Below, piece after piece: positions 46,816 through 60,714 of a stretch of DNA of 64,000 nt. Origin of the DNA: the human T2T-CHM13v2.0 reference genome, Homo sapiens; assembly GCF_009914755.1 (NCBI RefSeq), contig NC_060926.1; one strand, written 5' to 3'. The notes under the pieces were generated by a model, which worked only from the letters and a program-made list of their open reading frames with translations, was not told the origin of the DNA and searched no databases. Position numbers and translations under genes: made by a program. How positions within the stretch are numbered: the stretch's first letter is position 1; each line of letters starts with the position of its first letter.

Positions 46816-47306
46816 TGATGTGGTTTGGATGATTTTCTCCTCCAAATCTCACTTCGAAATGTGATCCCCAGTGTTGGAAGCGAGGCCTAGTGCAGGTGCT
46901 TGGGTCATGGGGGTGAATCCTTCATGAATGTCTAGCACCATCCCCTTGGCGATGAGTGAATTCTTGCTCTGATAGTTCATGAGAGGTCTGTTTTGTTTTG
47001 TTTTTAATTTTCCTTTACACAACAGTATACAGTATTAGGTGCCAAGAGACCTGGTTGTTTAAAAGAGCCTGCCCCCACCCCCACCCCCCACCACTTCTCT
47101 CTTGCTCCTCTCTTGCCATGTGACATGCCTGCTCCCCCTTCGTCTTCCCACATGATTGGAAGTTCTGGGAGGCCCTTAGCAAGAGCAGATGCTGCTACCA
47201 GCTTCCTGTATAGCCTTCAGGACCATGAGCCAAAATAAACCTCTTTTCTTTATAAATTACCCAGCCTCAGGCATTCCTTTATAGCAACGCAAGAACAGAC
47301 TCACAC
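46816..47306 (+). mobile_element. MSTB-like MaLR LTR
   Basis: TGATGTGGTTTGGATG...AATAAACCTCTTTTCTTTATAAATTACCCAGCCTCAGG...ACA; TSD-like GTCAC/GTCAT. Confidence 0.88.
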
Positions 47307-47505
47307 AGTCATACATTGAAGTGGCGCTGGTTCCCAGGGGCCCAGGCTTGCCTGGACAGCGCCCTGTGGCCAGGAAGACCTGGGGAGGGAGGGTGGCTGG
47401 AGGCCAGGAGCTGTGCTAGGTATCCCTGCTCTGCAGCCAAGGAGGCTCCTCCTCCACTGCCCTGGCCACCTGGATGCTGCATTTAATTCTGGGCACCACG
47501 CGCCA

Positions 47506-47659
47506 GAAGGAGGAGTAGATGAGCCATGTTCTGGGGGGCAGTGAGCAGGATGGTGAAGGAGGAGTAGATGAGCCATGTTCTGGGGGGCAGTGAGCAGGAT
47601 GGTGAAGGAGGAGTAGATGAGCCATGTTCTGGGGGGCAGTGAGCAGGATGGTGAAGGAG
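47506..47659. repeat. 49-bp tandem repeat, 3.1 identical copies
   Basis: GAAGGAGGAGTAGATGAGCCATGTTCTGGGGGGCAGTGAGCAGGATGGT at 47506, 47555, 47604. Confidence 0.97.
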
Positions 47660-48900
47660 CTTAGAACCACGAGAGGACCCCGCTTTTCCAGGGTTTTGGA
47701 GGGCAGGGCTCCAGGAGAGGCTCATTTAGGGCTGACTCCGGGCTTGCGGCTTGTGGCATGAGCTCTTGGAGGTTCTCCCTAAGGAGTCAGCCAATCAGGC
47801 CTTCCTTTCTTGTGGTTTTGAGCAGATTCCAAGCTGGCTTCACGGGAGGGGTGTTGAACAGGAGTAGCTATATCAGAGTCAAGGCAGGGAGGGGAGACCT
47901 CAGTACTGCTGGATGTCGCACACGGAGATATGGGCGCATCTTAGTTATGGTGTCAGTCCCAAAGCCTGTATCTGGCCGAGGTTGCTTGGGGACGTGATGG
48001 CTAAAGCTGTGCCCTTGCAGGGTGAGAGTGCGGGGTGGCTGCTCGTCTGGAGAAGAGAGCACCCCTTGGGAAATGGAAGATGGAGGTGGGGATCAGCTGC
48101 TGCACAGTTTCCAGGAACACTGGTGTCTCAGGGAGACACCTGGCATCTCAAAATAAGGAGAGGCTGTCTGACAGCTTCAGTTAAGGATGATCGGTGGCTG
48201 GGACGGTGGCCGGGAGGGCTGCTGAGCTTCTGAAATGAGTGTTAGGTGACCCTGACCTGCTGAAGGCCCCTGTTCACCTGACCAGGTGAGAGATGGCTCG
48301 GAAGTGAGGGAGAGGGGAGAGGGGTGCAGGTTGTGGGCCTGTAATCCTTATTGATATCAGCCACCCTCAACCTGAGATGTAAATTGGAATCACCTGTGGC
48401 TCTCAAGCTGGCATTCAGACGGGCAGCTTTTCCTGAGCCCTCAAGGAGATTCTGTCTTGCAGCACGTGGGTAACAAGTGGATTGGGTAAATAGGCTCTTC
48501 CCTGGAGGGATGGTGTTAACGCAGAGACCCGAGACTGAGCTTAGGAAACAAAAGTGGAACAGAACAACCTCCTGATTTCAAAAGCAAAGGCTTAAAATTT
48601 ATTTCAGAATGAGTTACAGTGATATTAGTATGTTTTTTTGGGTGGGGAGGACAGAATCTAATTTTAGTTGTTTTAGATTATGGTACTTTTTCCTGCTTGA
48701 TTTACATGTTAAATGTTTCTGATGAACTGTTAAAATCTTCGAGGTTTTTGCTTCATTTAAACAAATGATGCCTGCCAACTCTACAACTTAAATATGTTTT
48801 CCGTGTATATAGATATATACTTAAATATATCTACTGTGTGTTTTGGCTTTGAGGTTTTCAAAAATGTGTATTCAAATCGTGTAGCGCTACAGCTAATTCA

Positions 48901-49229
<329 letters not shown>

Positions 49230-49780
49230 CAATCAAATTCTAAGGTGAATTTGAGAGTATACATAAGTTTAATGAAGATTTTTATTTAGTAATAATCATA
49301 GGTGCACATGTAGTAAGGATAGTTTTCAAGCGGTGTTAAGGAAGTGGAGATTGAGATGTTAAATAGCATCTGATAGGCGTTTGCTTTTCAAATAGACTTA
49401 GTACTTCAGCTTCTTACTCTAGAGACAGAATACAGTTCTTACATGGCTTTTAAGATGCTGCCCCCTTCTGGTGACTAGGAAGATTATAATATCTGTAGCA
49501 AATAGGCATTCTGGGGGTTTTTTTTTTCATATTTAAATATTAGTTTTATTACTGAACCTGAAAAACAAAATGAGGATCAGAGGTAGCGTCTCCTCCTCTG
49601 TACTCTCCTTTCTTCCTTGAGAGGAGGAATAACTTTCTGTCTCTTGCTGTTCTTTGTAAATGAGTTTCCTTTTGGCTTTCTTTCTTCTGTCCTTCCTTCC
49701 TCTGATGGGTAGAGCATCTCTGTGGGCCAGGTACTGTGTTCAGCATTTCATGAGATTTATCAATTTTAAAGAAGAATTGA

Positions 49781-50099
<319 letters not shown>

Positions 50100-51634
50100 C
50101 AGATTGCTGTTTTTTTTTTTTTTTTTTTTTTTTTTATGATGTAAAAGTATCAACATATTTTTTAAAGAAAGTTTCATCTGCTGCTATCTAGAGGAGGTAG
50201 CTGGAACCAGAGCACCAGGCTGGCACTGGCAAGGAGGAGAGGGCACCTCCCGGCATGTGGACGGAATGACCCAGGTGAGGCGGGTGTGGCGCCAGAGGGG
50301 CCTGTTGCAGACCTGAAGAACTCCAGTGTGTTTTGCAGAAAGGGAGTTTCAGAGAATAAGGGGCAGCCTTGACTCAGATGGCTTGGGAGAGGAGTAAGTG
50401 CAGCCCAGCCTCCAGGGGAAGGGGAGGAAAACTGAAGGTTTGTAAGGGATCTGGCCAGCATGGTCTTGATGCCTGGAAACAGCTCCTGGGCTTCTCACCA
50501 GTATTGGGAGCTGACTCTTAGAAAGGCAGCCTTCCTGGGGAGCACACCCTCGAGGGGCCGGAAACCGTGAAACTGACCAGAAGCACATAGGTCCAGTGGG
50601 CACTGAAATACATTCTCAGGAAGGAAGTGTAGCTGAAGTCCAGAACTCAGCTTACTCTCACTCCTGGGCCTGCTGCTGCCTTAATGTGCCTGCTCCTGTG
50701 TTTTTGTTCTGATAAACACGTATAGCACTTTCAATTATGCTGTTACTTACAGCTAAGTAAAGCAGTACTAGGTGGATTTGTCAGTGCCACTTCCTACAAA
50801 GTGAAGGCTGGATTTTTGGGGGACTCATTTCCAGCAGCCACCAGCAGGTGGAGGGAGTGAGATGCGTAAACAAACTGTCCCTCATGCTTGGTGTTTGGGC
50901 AGATGCATTGCTAAAGCGTGCTCACTAATAAATCCCCTGCTGATATGGCACAAATATTTATAGCCGATGATTGATGTGAAATTAACAAAAACTAGCAGTT
51001 GACAGCGATATGAGGTGGCAAAGGCTATTTGGGAAAGTTTCCGTTGTCTTTGAAAATTAAGAAAAATTATACGTTTACTTGCCTTGCTAAGAACTGTTTA
51101 AGAATAAATCAACATAAACTAGGGCAGCTTCTTAAACTATGATGGAGAAGCACAAGGTCAAAGTGTTTCGTCTCAGAATGAAGCAGTAATGTATTACTTT
51201 GCGTACTGTGTACAGGGGCCGGCAGATGTTTCTGATGTTATGAAGCTATGCTCCTGGAAGTGGTTGTGAAAATCGCAGCCCTGTGAATTGTGTGCCCTAA
51301 GAGCCAGCTGTGCTCCTAACAGTGATGCCGTCTTTCCATGGAAATCACCCATAAGCACAGCCTTCAGTCTAACTTCATGTCAAGTCTAAGTGGCACAGCT
51401 ATCCATGAACACTGTAAACATTCCCAGCTCCATCTAAGGTGATTAAACGGAGTCAGAACCCGGCCATGGATGTGTATTCACTGTTATTTAACAGATGCTC
51501 AAACTAGACAGGTGGGACTGTCCAGATGCCTGTGGGGCACTACAGAGTTTTGAGGAAATAGAGTCTCAGACTGGAGCCCCAAGGACCTTGAGGACAGGAG
51601 TCTACCTGGGGAGGGGCATCCCAGAGACTTACTC

Positions 51635-51770
51635 CAGCTGCTTAACTCCGGTGTGCCTGGAGTCACCTTGGGACCTTGTTACCTGCAGATTTGGATTCAG
51701 CAAGGCAAGGTGGACCTGAGAGTCTGTGTTTCTGGTGAGCCACAGGTAGCACCCCGGCTGCTGGTCCCTG
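51635..51770. mobile_element. MER5-like hAT-Charlie fragment
   Basis: GAGTCACCTTGGGACCTTGTTA...TGCAGATTTGGATTCAG...CCTGAGAGTCTGTGTTTCT. Confidence 0.6.
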
Positions 51771-52007
51771 GTCTGGGGAAAGGCAGGCAGAGTTGGAGAG
51801 ACCCTTCCCGGGTTCCTGGTTGCAGGTGCTGTGTCATCGTATGGCTGTATTTGAGGGGATTGTGTAAGAAGATGTTGTTAAATTTATTTTTAGAATAATA
51901 GACTTTTAGATAGAAGAGAAACCTCGGAGGTCAATCAGCTTTCACTCTTCCTCTCTTGTGCCCCAGTCCTAGTGATGAGAAAAGCAATGATGTTTCCCAA
52001 GGCCGGG

Positions 52008-52317
52008 GCTGTCGACTGAATTGTGTCCCTGCAACCCCGTGTGATGGTATTAGGAGGTGGGTCTGTGGGAGGTATCAGGTCATGGGAGTGGACCCCTTGT
52101 GGTGGCACGAATGCCCCTCAGGAGCGCTTGCTCTGTACCCTATGAGGACATCATGAGGAGATATGGCTTCTGCAGGAAGAGGCCTCACCAGGAACCAAAT
52201 TGACCAGTACCTTGAACTTGGACTTCCAGCTGCCAGAACTGTGAGAGGTAAACGTGTGTTGTTGAAGTGCCTCTGCCGGTGGTCTTTGTGATAGCAGCCC
52301 CAGCCGACTCATCACAG
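52008..52317 (+). mobile_element. MLT1A-like MaLR LTR
   Basis: CTGAATTGTGTCCC...GATGGTATTAGGAGGTGGG...TTGGACTTCCAGC...GATAGCAGCCC. Confidence 0.82.
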
Positions 52318-52845
52318 CCAGATTAAGGGAGATCAAAAGAGTTAAGGTTCCAGATTCCAGCTCCTGAGTTCTTCTATGTGGAAAGATGCCCCTTCAACCA
52401 CCAAGGCCAGGGATGCCCTGTGGTTCAGCGTTGTCACCCTTGTTGCCCGCCTCCAGGGCAGAGCTGGGGGCACTGGAGGTGCTCAGGACGTGTGGAGCAG
52501 AATTGGGAGTGAATGTTGTGTGCTCAGGGCCACCTCCACTCTGCAAGCACAGCTCCCAGAGATGAGGACGGGGCTTGCTTTGTCCTCTGCCACACACAGC
52601 CCTTCATGCAAGGCCTTGGCCCCTCCAGGGCCACACACCTTGGCCACCCAGCAAGCACCCCTTGCTTGGCCAGTCTTTCCGTCACTTCCTTTCCTTTTTC
52701 CCTGTCTCCTGAGCTTCAGACTAGTTGACCCTAAGGGGTGTCTCCAGCTGTAAATAACTGTCCAGACTGCTTGTAAAGGAAAACATTGCAACCACCTTAC
52801 TGCACAATTGATACTATTATTATTTTAGGGTTACCCAAAAATGTG

Positions 52846-54029
52846 CAGCACGCCCTCGAATGACATGGATTTGTTCTAACGTTGGTGATGAAAAAAATGG
52901 ATTCCCGCTGGGGCCCTGTCTGTGTGGAGCGTGCACGCGCTCCCGTGTTTCCTGTGTGTGGAGCGTGCACGCGCTCCCGTGTTTCCTTTGTGTGGAGCGT
53001 GCACGCGCTCCCGTGTTTCCTTTGTGTGGAGCGTGCACGCGCTCCCGTGTTTCCTGTGTGTGGAGCGTGCACGCGCTCCCGTGTTTCCTTTGTGTGGAGC
53101 GTGCACGCGCTCCCGTGTTTCCTTTGTGTGGAGCGTGCACGCGCTCCCGTGTTTCCTTTGTGTGGAGCGTGCACGCGCTCCCGTGTTTCCTTTGTGTGGA
53201 GCGTGCACGCGCTCCCGTGTTTCCTTTGTGTGGAGCGTGCACGCGCTCCCGTGTTTCCTTTGTGTGGAGCGTGCACGCGCTCCCTTGTTTCCTTTGTGTG
53301 GAGCGTGCACGCGCTCCCGTGTTTCCTTTGTGTGGAGCGTGCACGCGCTCCCGTGTTTCCTTTGTGTGGAGCGTGCACGCGCTCCCGTGTTTCCTGTGTG
53401 GAGCGTGCACGCGCTCCCGTTTCCTTTGTGTGGAGTGTGCACGCGCTCCCGTGTTTCCTGTGTGGAGCGTGCACGCGCTCCCGTGTTTCCTTTGTGTGGA
53501 GCGTGCACGCGCTCCCGTGTTTCCTTTGTGTGGAGCGTGCACGCGCTCCCGTGTTTCCTTTGTGTGGAGCGTGCACGCCCTCCCATGTTTCCTTTGGGTC
53601 TTCCGGTTTCCGTCGACGTCCCAAAGCTGTGCACATTAGGTGACTGGCGTGTCTACAGCATCCCAGTCTGAGTGAGTTTGGGCATGTGTGAGTGGCCCCG
53701 CGATGGAACAGCGCCCTGGTTCCTGCCTGCCCCCACTGAGCTGCTGGGACAGGCTCCCACCACCCTGAACTGGAATAATTGGGTAAATAATTATCTTACT
53801 TATTTTTACATGTATGTAAGCTCACGTTTATTGCAGTGTTTAATATTAGAAGGGCTTTGGTCTTTATTTAGAAGTTTGGTGATGTTTTTGTGACCAGAAA
53901 TAAGCCATAGGAGCTTAACTCTTGTTTATATCAAATTACCCTATGGGAAACTTGGTTGCATTGTATGTCGTTTCGTTTAAAGTTGCTGTTTCCAGGAACC
54001 TATTGGTGATGTGAAGTGAGGACTTACTG
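52846..54029 (+). mobile_element. MER6A-like (Tigger family) DNA transposon containing an internal minisatellite
   Basis: 5' CAGCACGCCCTCGAATGAC; internal CCCAAAGCTGTGCACATTAGGTG and AATTGGGTAAATAATTATCTTACTT; 3' AAGTGAGGACTTACTG. Confidence 0.88.
52921..53596. repeat. 34-bp CpG-rich minisatellite, 20 copies
   Basis: Unit TGTGTGGAGCGTGCACGCGCTCCCGTGTTTCCT(T/G); a few 32-bp variants; 4 CpG per unit. Confidence 0.99.
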
Positions 54030-55942
54030 GATGACGTGAAACTAATTTTAACTTTCTTTTACTCATCATCCTGGGATTATTCAAGTATAAACTCAGAATT
54101 GCCAAATTAAATGCAAAGATATGAAAAGGAGCCGCTTATGCTAAATGTACAGATGATGCGTTTTTGCTGTAACGGAGTCGTCCCTCCGGGTGCTGACTGT
54201 GCCACTCAGCATGGTGGCCCAGGGCTGTGTGTTTGGTGCACAGTGGGACGTCTTAGTCCCACTACCTCAGCCAGACTCCTGGCAAAGTCTTTATTTTTTA
54301 AGATAATTTATTTTTAGATTTTATTCAAAATGAAAACCCATTTAAAAAGCACATGAGAAATGAGTTCTTTATTCACTCATCTAAATATTTAGGGCTGTGG
54401 ATGGGCTCAGCTGCTTTAAATATTTGGCTGGGCAGATGAGTGGGAGCCTGTCTTCCTCTTGTTGACATTTGCGTCTGTGGTGGTGTACACAGATGAGCTC
54501 ACTGCTGTCCTCGGAGCAGGTAGGAATGTATTTATTTACTCGCATGCCTTCAGATGCTTGCAGTAAGTCCATTTGAGATGCTGCTTCTATTTTTCCTTGT
54601 GGAGAACTTACTTGACGCCAACAAAGAAATTTCTAGCTGCTTGTAGAAGACACCCCAGGGTACGCAGCCAGTCCCTTCCACGAATGCTGCGAGAACCCAC
54701 ACAGCTGTTCATTTCGGTGGCCGAGGGCCTGTGGGCTGCAGTACGTTTACACTGTGTGTTGGGGGGGTGGCAGTGTGCTTTCTTCCTGCCCCAATTTTGC
54801 CCAGGAGGAGTCTGGTGATGGAGAAGGTGTGGCGGGCAGCAAGGAGGCTGGGGAAGTGGATGCTGCAGGGTGAGCTCTGGGCGACCCAGGAGGAAGTATT
54901 TGCATGAATTAGCCACACGCAGAGGGCAGTTATGTGTGATGTGGGAAATGACTGCAAAGCTGTCTTACTCTTTATTCCATAGCCACAAAAATAAGTTTAT
55001 AAAAAGCCCCCACCAAGTCAGGATTTGTCCAGAATGGTCACTCTGCTTTGGAGAACTGCGCAGAACTGCGGATCCCCTGCCATGGCCCATGTGGCTCCGG
55101 AAGTTCCCGGGAGTGGCTCGTAGAGCCTGTTTTCATCCTTCAGAGGAATCCTGCAGTCCACTTGCCCAGCGTTACTTCCTCCAGTGCCCTTTCTGGGTCC
55201 CACGTGATTCTACCTGATCGCTGGCTCTCTAGGGCTTTTCCCCTCCAGGTTCAGAGAGAGCGCCTGCCCCAGGGCTGGGAAGATGAGCAGGGATCCTGGG
55301 ATGTGATGGCACGGTCAGTCGCCCCTGGTGGAGGCAATGCTGGTACCCACGACGTGGAGCCCTGAAGGATGAGGAAAATAATTTCTGAGAAACTGACTCA
55401 GGGAAGTGCCTGTGTTCAGGGCGGAGGTTCCACTGTGATTTGAAAACAGGCGATTCTTCCAGACAACTTTAAAGATGAGTAGGTGCAAACTGCAGCCACA
55501 GTAAACTTCAGGGTGTCAACTTCAGGGGAATATAAACAGCCTCCAGGGAGCCCCTCTCTCCATCCCAGCCTTTCTTCCTCTCTCGTAACTGTTATTTACT
55601 CAGTAATTACAGGTTCAAGTCCCTTGTCCAAAATCCAAAAAGCCGACACTGGAAATATTCTGTAGCTCATCTGGCAGCAGGGCCAGAGCTGATGATCTAA
55701 TTCGGATGATTTATGGCCTCTGTTTACCCCACAGACGATCAGTGTGCCTGCTTCCAGGGGGCTGCTCCTAAGGGAGGTGCTGGCACTACCTTTTCAGCCT
55801 GCATGGACTGTGCTGGAAACACTCAGTAGCAACTCAGGCTCAGGGAGCCCTCACCTGAAGCCCTCCTCTTACCCACCCTCTGCCCTATAGACCCCCATAC
55901 TCCTGTAGATACCCCCTCATTACAGACCCCCACCATCCCCGC

Positions 55943-56378
55943 TGGATTAGGGTTCTCTAGAGGGATGGAACCAATAGGCCAGATATGTAATAAAGGGGAG
56001 TTTATTAAGGAGTATTAACTCACAGGATCACAAGGTCCCACAATAGGCTGGCTGCAAGCTGAGGAGCAAGGAAGCCAGTCCCAGGCCGAAAGCTGAAGAA
56101 CTTGGAGCCTGATGTTCGAGGGCAGGAAGCATCCAGCACAGGACAAAGATACAGGCTGGGAGGCTAAGCCAGTCTTGCCTGTTCATGTTTTTCTGCCTGC
56201 TTTATATTTGCTGGCAGCTGATTAAATGATGCCCACCCAGATTGAGGGTGGGTCTGCCTTCCCCAGCCCGTTGACTCAAATGTTAATCTCCTTTGGCAGC
56301 GCCCTCACAGACACACCCAGGATCAATACTTTGCATCTTTGAATCCAGTCAGGTTGACACTCAGTATTAACCAGCATA
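55943..56378 (-). mobile_element. MLT2A (ERVL) solo LTR
   Basis: ATTAGGGTTCTCTAGAGGGA...GAGGAGCAAGGAAGCCAGTCC...GTTGACACTCAGTATTAACCA. Confidence 0.9.
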
Positions 56379-56582
56379 CCCACCATTGTTTCACCTGCAG
56401 CCTCCCCCATCTCAGCTGGTGCTCACTTTATTTTTACTGCTTGTTGTTCTGGCCCCAGATCTCAGAGTCCTGGTAACGCCTCTCCTCTTCTCACTGCCTT
56501 CAGTATCCAGCCAAGCTGGGAAACGCCACTGCCCCAGTACCTGCAGGGTCCAGCCAGCTCCCCACCTCCACTGGATGCCACT

Positions 56583-56834
56583 GTGTTAGCTTGGGCTGCC
56601 ACGACAGAGACCACAGAGTGGGTGGCTTAACAGAAGTGTATTTGCTCAGTTTGTAGAAGTTGAAAGTCCAAGGTCAAGGTGGCGTTTCTGGTGGGGCCCC
56701 TCTTTCTGGCTTGCAGATAGTTCCTCCTTACTGTGTCCTCTCTGTGCTTGGGGGTGGGGAGAGAGGCGAGAAGGGAAGGAGAAAGAGATGGAGACAGGTT
56801 TGCTGTCTCTTCCTCTTGTTATAAGAACACCAGT
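56583..56834 (-). mobile_element. MLT1A-like LTR fragment
   Basis: TTAGCTTGGGCTGCCA...AAGTCCAAGGTCAAGGTG...GGCTTGCAGAT...TTATAAGAACACCAGT. Confidence 0.75.
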
Positions 56835-57175
56835 TGTATTAGTCTGTTGTCGTGCTGCTAATAAGCACATACCTGAGACTGGGTAATTTATAAAGGAAAG
56901 AAGTTTAACGGACTCACAGTTCTACATGGCTGGGGAGGCCTCACAGTCATGGCGGAAGGTGAATGAGGAGCAAAGTTACATCTAACATGGGGGCAGGCAA
57001 GAGAGCTTGCTCAGGGGAACTCCCGTTTATAAAACCATCAGATCTTGTGAGACTTATTTTCTACCACAGAACAGAATAGGGGAACCCACCCCCAAGATTC
57101 AGTAACCTCCCACTGGGTCCCTGGGAGCCACAATTCAAGATGAGATTTGGGTGGGGACACAGCCAAACCATATCA
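56835..57175 (-). mobile_element. THE1 solo LTR nested in MLT1
   Basis: TGTATTAGTCTGTT...GGGGACACAGCCAAACCATATCA; exact 5-bp TSD CCAGT. Confidence 0.93.
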
Positions 57176-57186
57176 CCAGTCCGTGG

Positions 57187-57273
57187 AGCCAGGTGTGGTG
57201 GCTCACACTTGTAATCTCAGTGCTGAGGCGGGAGGATCACTGGAGGCCAGGAGTTTAAGACCAGCCTGGGCAA
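57187..57273 (+). mobile_element. Alu left-monomer fragment
   Basis: GCCAGGTGTGGTGGCTCACACTTGTAATC...GACCAGCCTGGGCAAC. Confidence 0.85.
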
Positions 57274-57552
57274 CCTCTTTTAAAGTTAATTACTTCCCAG
57301 CAGGCCCTGTTTTTCTGGTACAGTCACACTGGAGGTTCAACACAATCCAGCCACCACATCACCCAGGTCACTGCAGTAACCTCTTAGCGGGCCTCCGTGC
57401 CCCATCCCAAAAGGTCCATTCTCAAAGGAGACTCCAGGGTGACCCCTAAAACCCAAGTCCAATCACATTACTCCTGGGCCTCACACCTGCAGCAGCTCTC
57501 CAAAATTCTCAGGATAAACACCGATGTCCTTACTATGACCTCCAGGGCCGCA

Positions 57553-57893
57553 GAGCAGGCACTGGCAAACTGCTGCCACCTGCTTCTGTATGGCTTTCTA
57601 GCTCAGCACAGTTTCTGTGGTTTTAAGTAGTTGGGGGAAAAAATCAAAAGCATAACTTGTGGTGCATGACAATGATATGAAATTCATATTTCAGCGAGCA
57701 CAAATAAAGCCGTGTTGGGTCATAGCCATGCCTGTTTGCTCAAATGTTATCTGTGGCTGCTTTCATGTGACATCAGCAGAATTCACTGGTTGTGACAGAG
57801 ATCTACATAATTCCCTCGATTTTGTCTCTTGGCCCACAAAACCTAAACTATCTACTCCCTGGCCCGTGGCAGTGGAACTTTGTTAACCCCTGC
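57553..57893. mobile_element. MER58B-like hAT-Charlie inserted in L2
   Basis: CAGGCACTGGCAAACT...ATGAAATTCATATTTCAG...CCCACAAAACCTAAA...ACCCCTG; L2-like flanks. Confidence 0.8.
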
Positions 57894-58157
57894 TTGGCCT
57901 TCTTTCCTCACTACCTCTTTGCCCGCCAGGCTCACCCTCACTCCCTCCGCTCCAGCCACACTCAGTCCCTGCTGTTCCTCTAGCACGCCAGCCCCAGGGC
58001 CTTTGCATTAGCCGTGCCCTCTGCCTGAGTGCCCTTCCGCTTCCTGCATTTTGCCCTTCCTTCAAGCCTTTGCTCAGTGTGGCCATCCCATTCAGCCTAA
58101 TGGTGCATGTTTCCTCCACCTCCACAGTTCCTCTTATCCTGTTTCCATTTTCCTTAG

Positions 58158-58496
<339 letters not shown>

Positions 58497-58860
58497 TGAT
58501 ATGGTTTGGCTGTGTCCCCACCCAAATCTCATCTTGAATTATAGCTCCCATAATTCCCACGTGTTGTGGGAGGGACCCAGTGGGGGATAATTGAATCATG
58601 AGGGTGGTTTCCCCCATACTGTTCTGATGGTAGTGAATAAGCCTCCTGAGAGCTGGTGGTTTCATAAGGGGAAACCCCTTTTGCTTGGCTCTCGTCTCTC
58701 TCTTGCCTGCCGCCATGTAAGATGTGCCTTTCACCTTCTGCCATGATTGTGAGGCCTCCCCAGCCACTTGGAACTGTGAGTCCATTAAACCTCTTTTTGT
58801 TTATAAATTACCCAGCCTAGGGTATGCCTTTATCAGCAGCATGAAAAACGAACTAAGGCA
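58497..58860 (+). mobile_element. THE1 solo LTR
   Basis: TGATATGGTTTGGCTGTGTCCCCACCCAAATCTCATCTTGAATT...; TSD CTTAC/CCTAC. Confidence 0.95.
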
Positions 58861-59627
58861 CCTACTGTATTTGTTTTCTTGTCTGTGCACCACTGCGGAA
58901 CTGTGAGCTCCCAGAGTGCACAGATATGTGCCAGACACCAAGATCAGAATGGGTGCTTCGCAGTGCTCAATACATTATTTATTGAATGACTTAATGTAGA
59001 ATGACTAGTTACACAGTTCAGGTGCTAGGAGGCAGTATAAAAGTCAGAGAGCAAATGCTTTAAGAAACTGTAGTATACACCAGGAAATGCAATTCTTTAG
59101 TTAGATACCTTCTCCTTTCAGTAAAATTATGTTCAGTGCTGTAAATAGGCAACTTTCAGTGATTTGTTTTTCAAACAAGTGGCTTTTTATCTTTTCCTCT
59201 TGACAGTGAGTGTCTCTCCATGTGTGAAGTATTTTCTCCTCTCATATCTGTGAAGTCCTGCTTGTAAGTGTTTCGGTTATGCAACATTTCATGGGGAATT
59301 TGAGCACTGGAATTCTTGGTCGCTAGTTAGGTGGGTCTTACCGCATTTGTCAGAAAGGAATGCGTCCATCAGGTTGGTTGACGGGTTGGTTGACGGTCTG
59401 CAAGTTGCAGTCTTGGCACAGGCACCCATCAAAATGACACACGGTGACTCTGGTTTCTTCCAGCATCCCCGAGATGAAGATGAAAAACTGTTGCATAGCA
59501 GGTGGATCTTGCTAGAAGCTCTCCAGCCATGTGATTAGTTTATTTGCTCATTTTTTTTTTTCCTTTTAATATAAATATATCAGAATTCAGGCTGGTTTCA
59601 GAACCTGGCATCAGGAATGGAATTTTA

Positions 59628-60674
<1,047 letters not shown>

Positions 60675-60714
60675 TAACATTTAATAGTAATAAATAAGTG
60701 GTAATAAGTAATAA

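Noticed and set aside
52797-53671. Six ORFs of 240-279 aa as protein-coding genes
   Set aside because: Produced by a stop-free tandem repeat inside a DNA transposon; no splice or domain support
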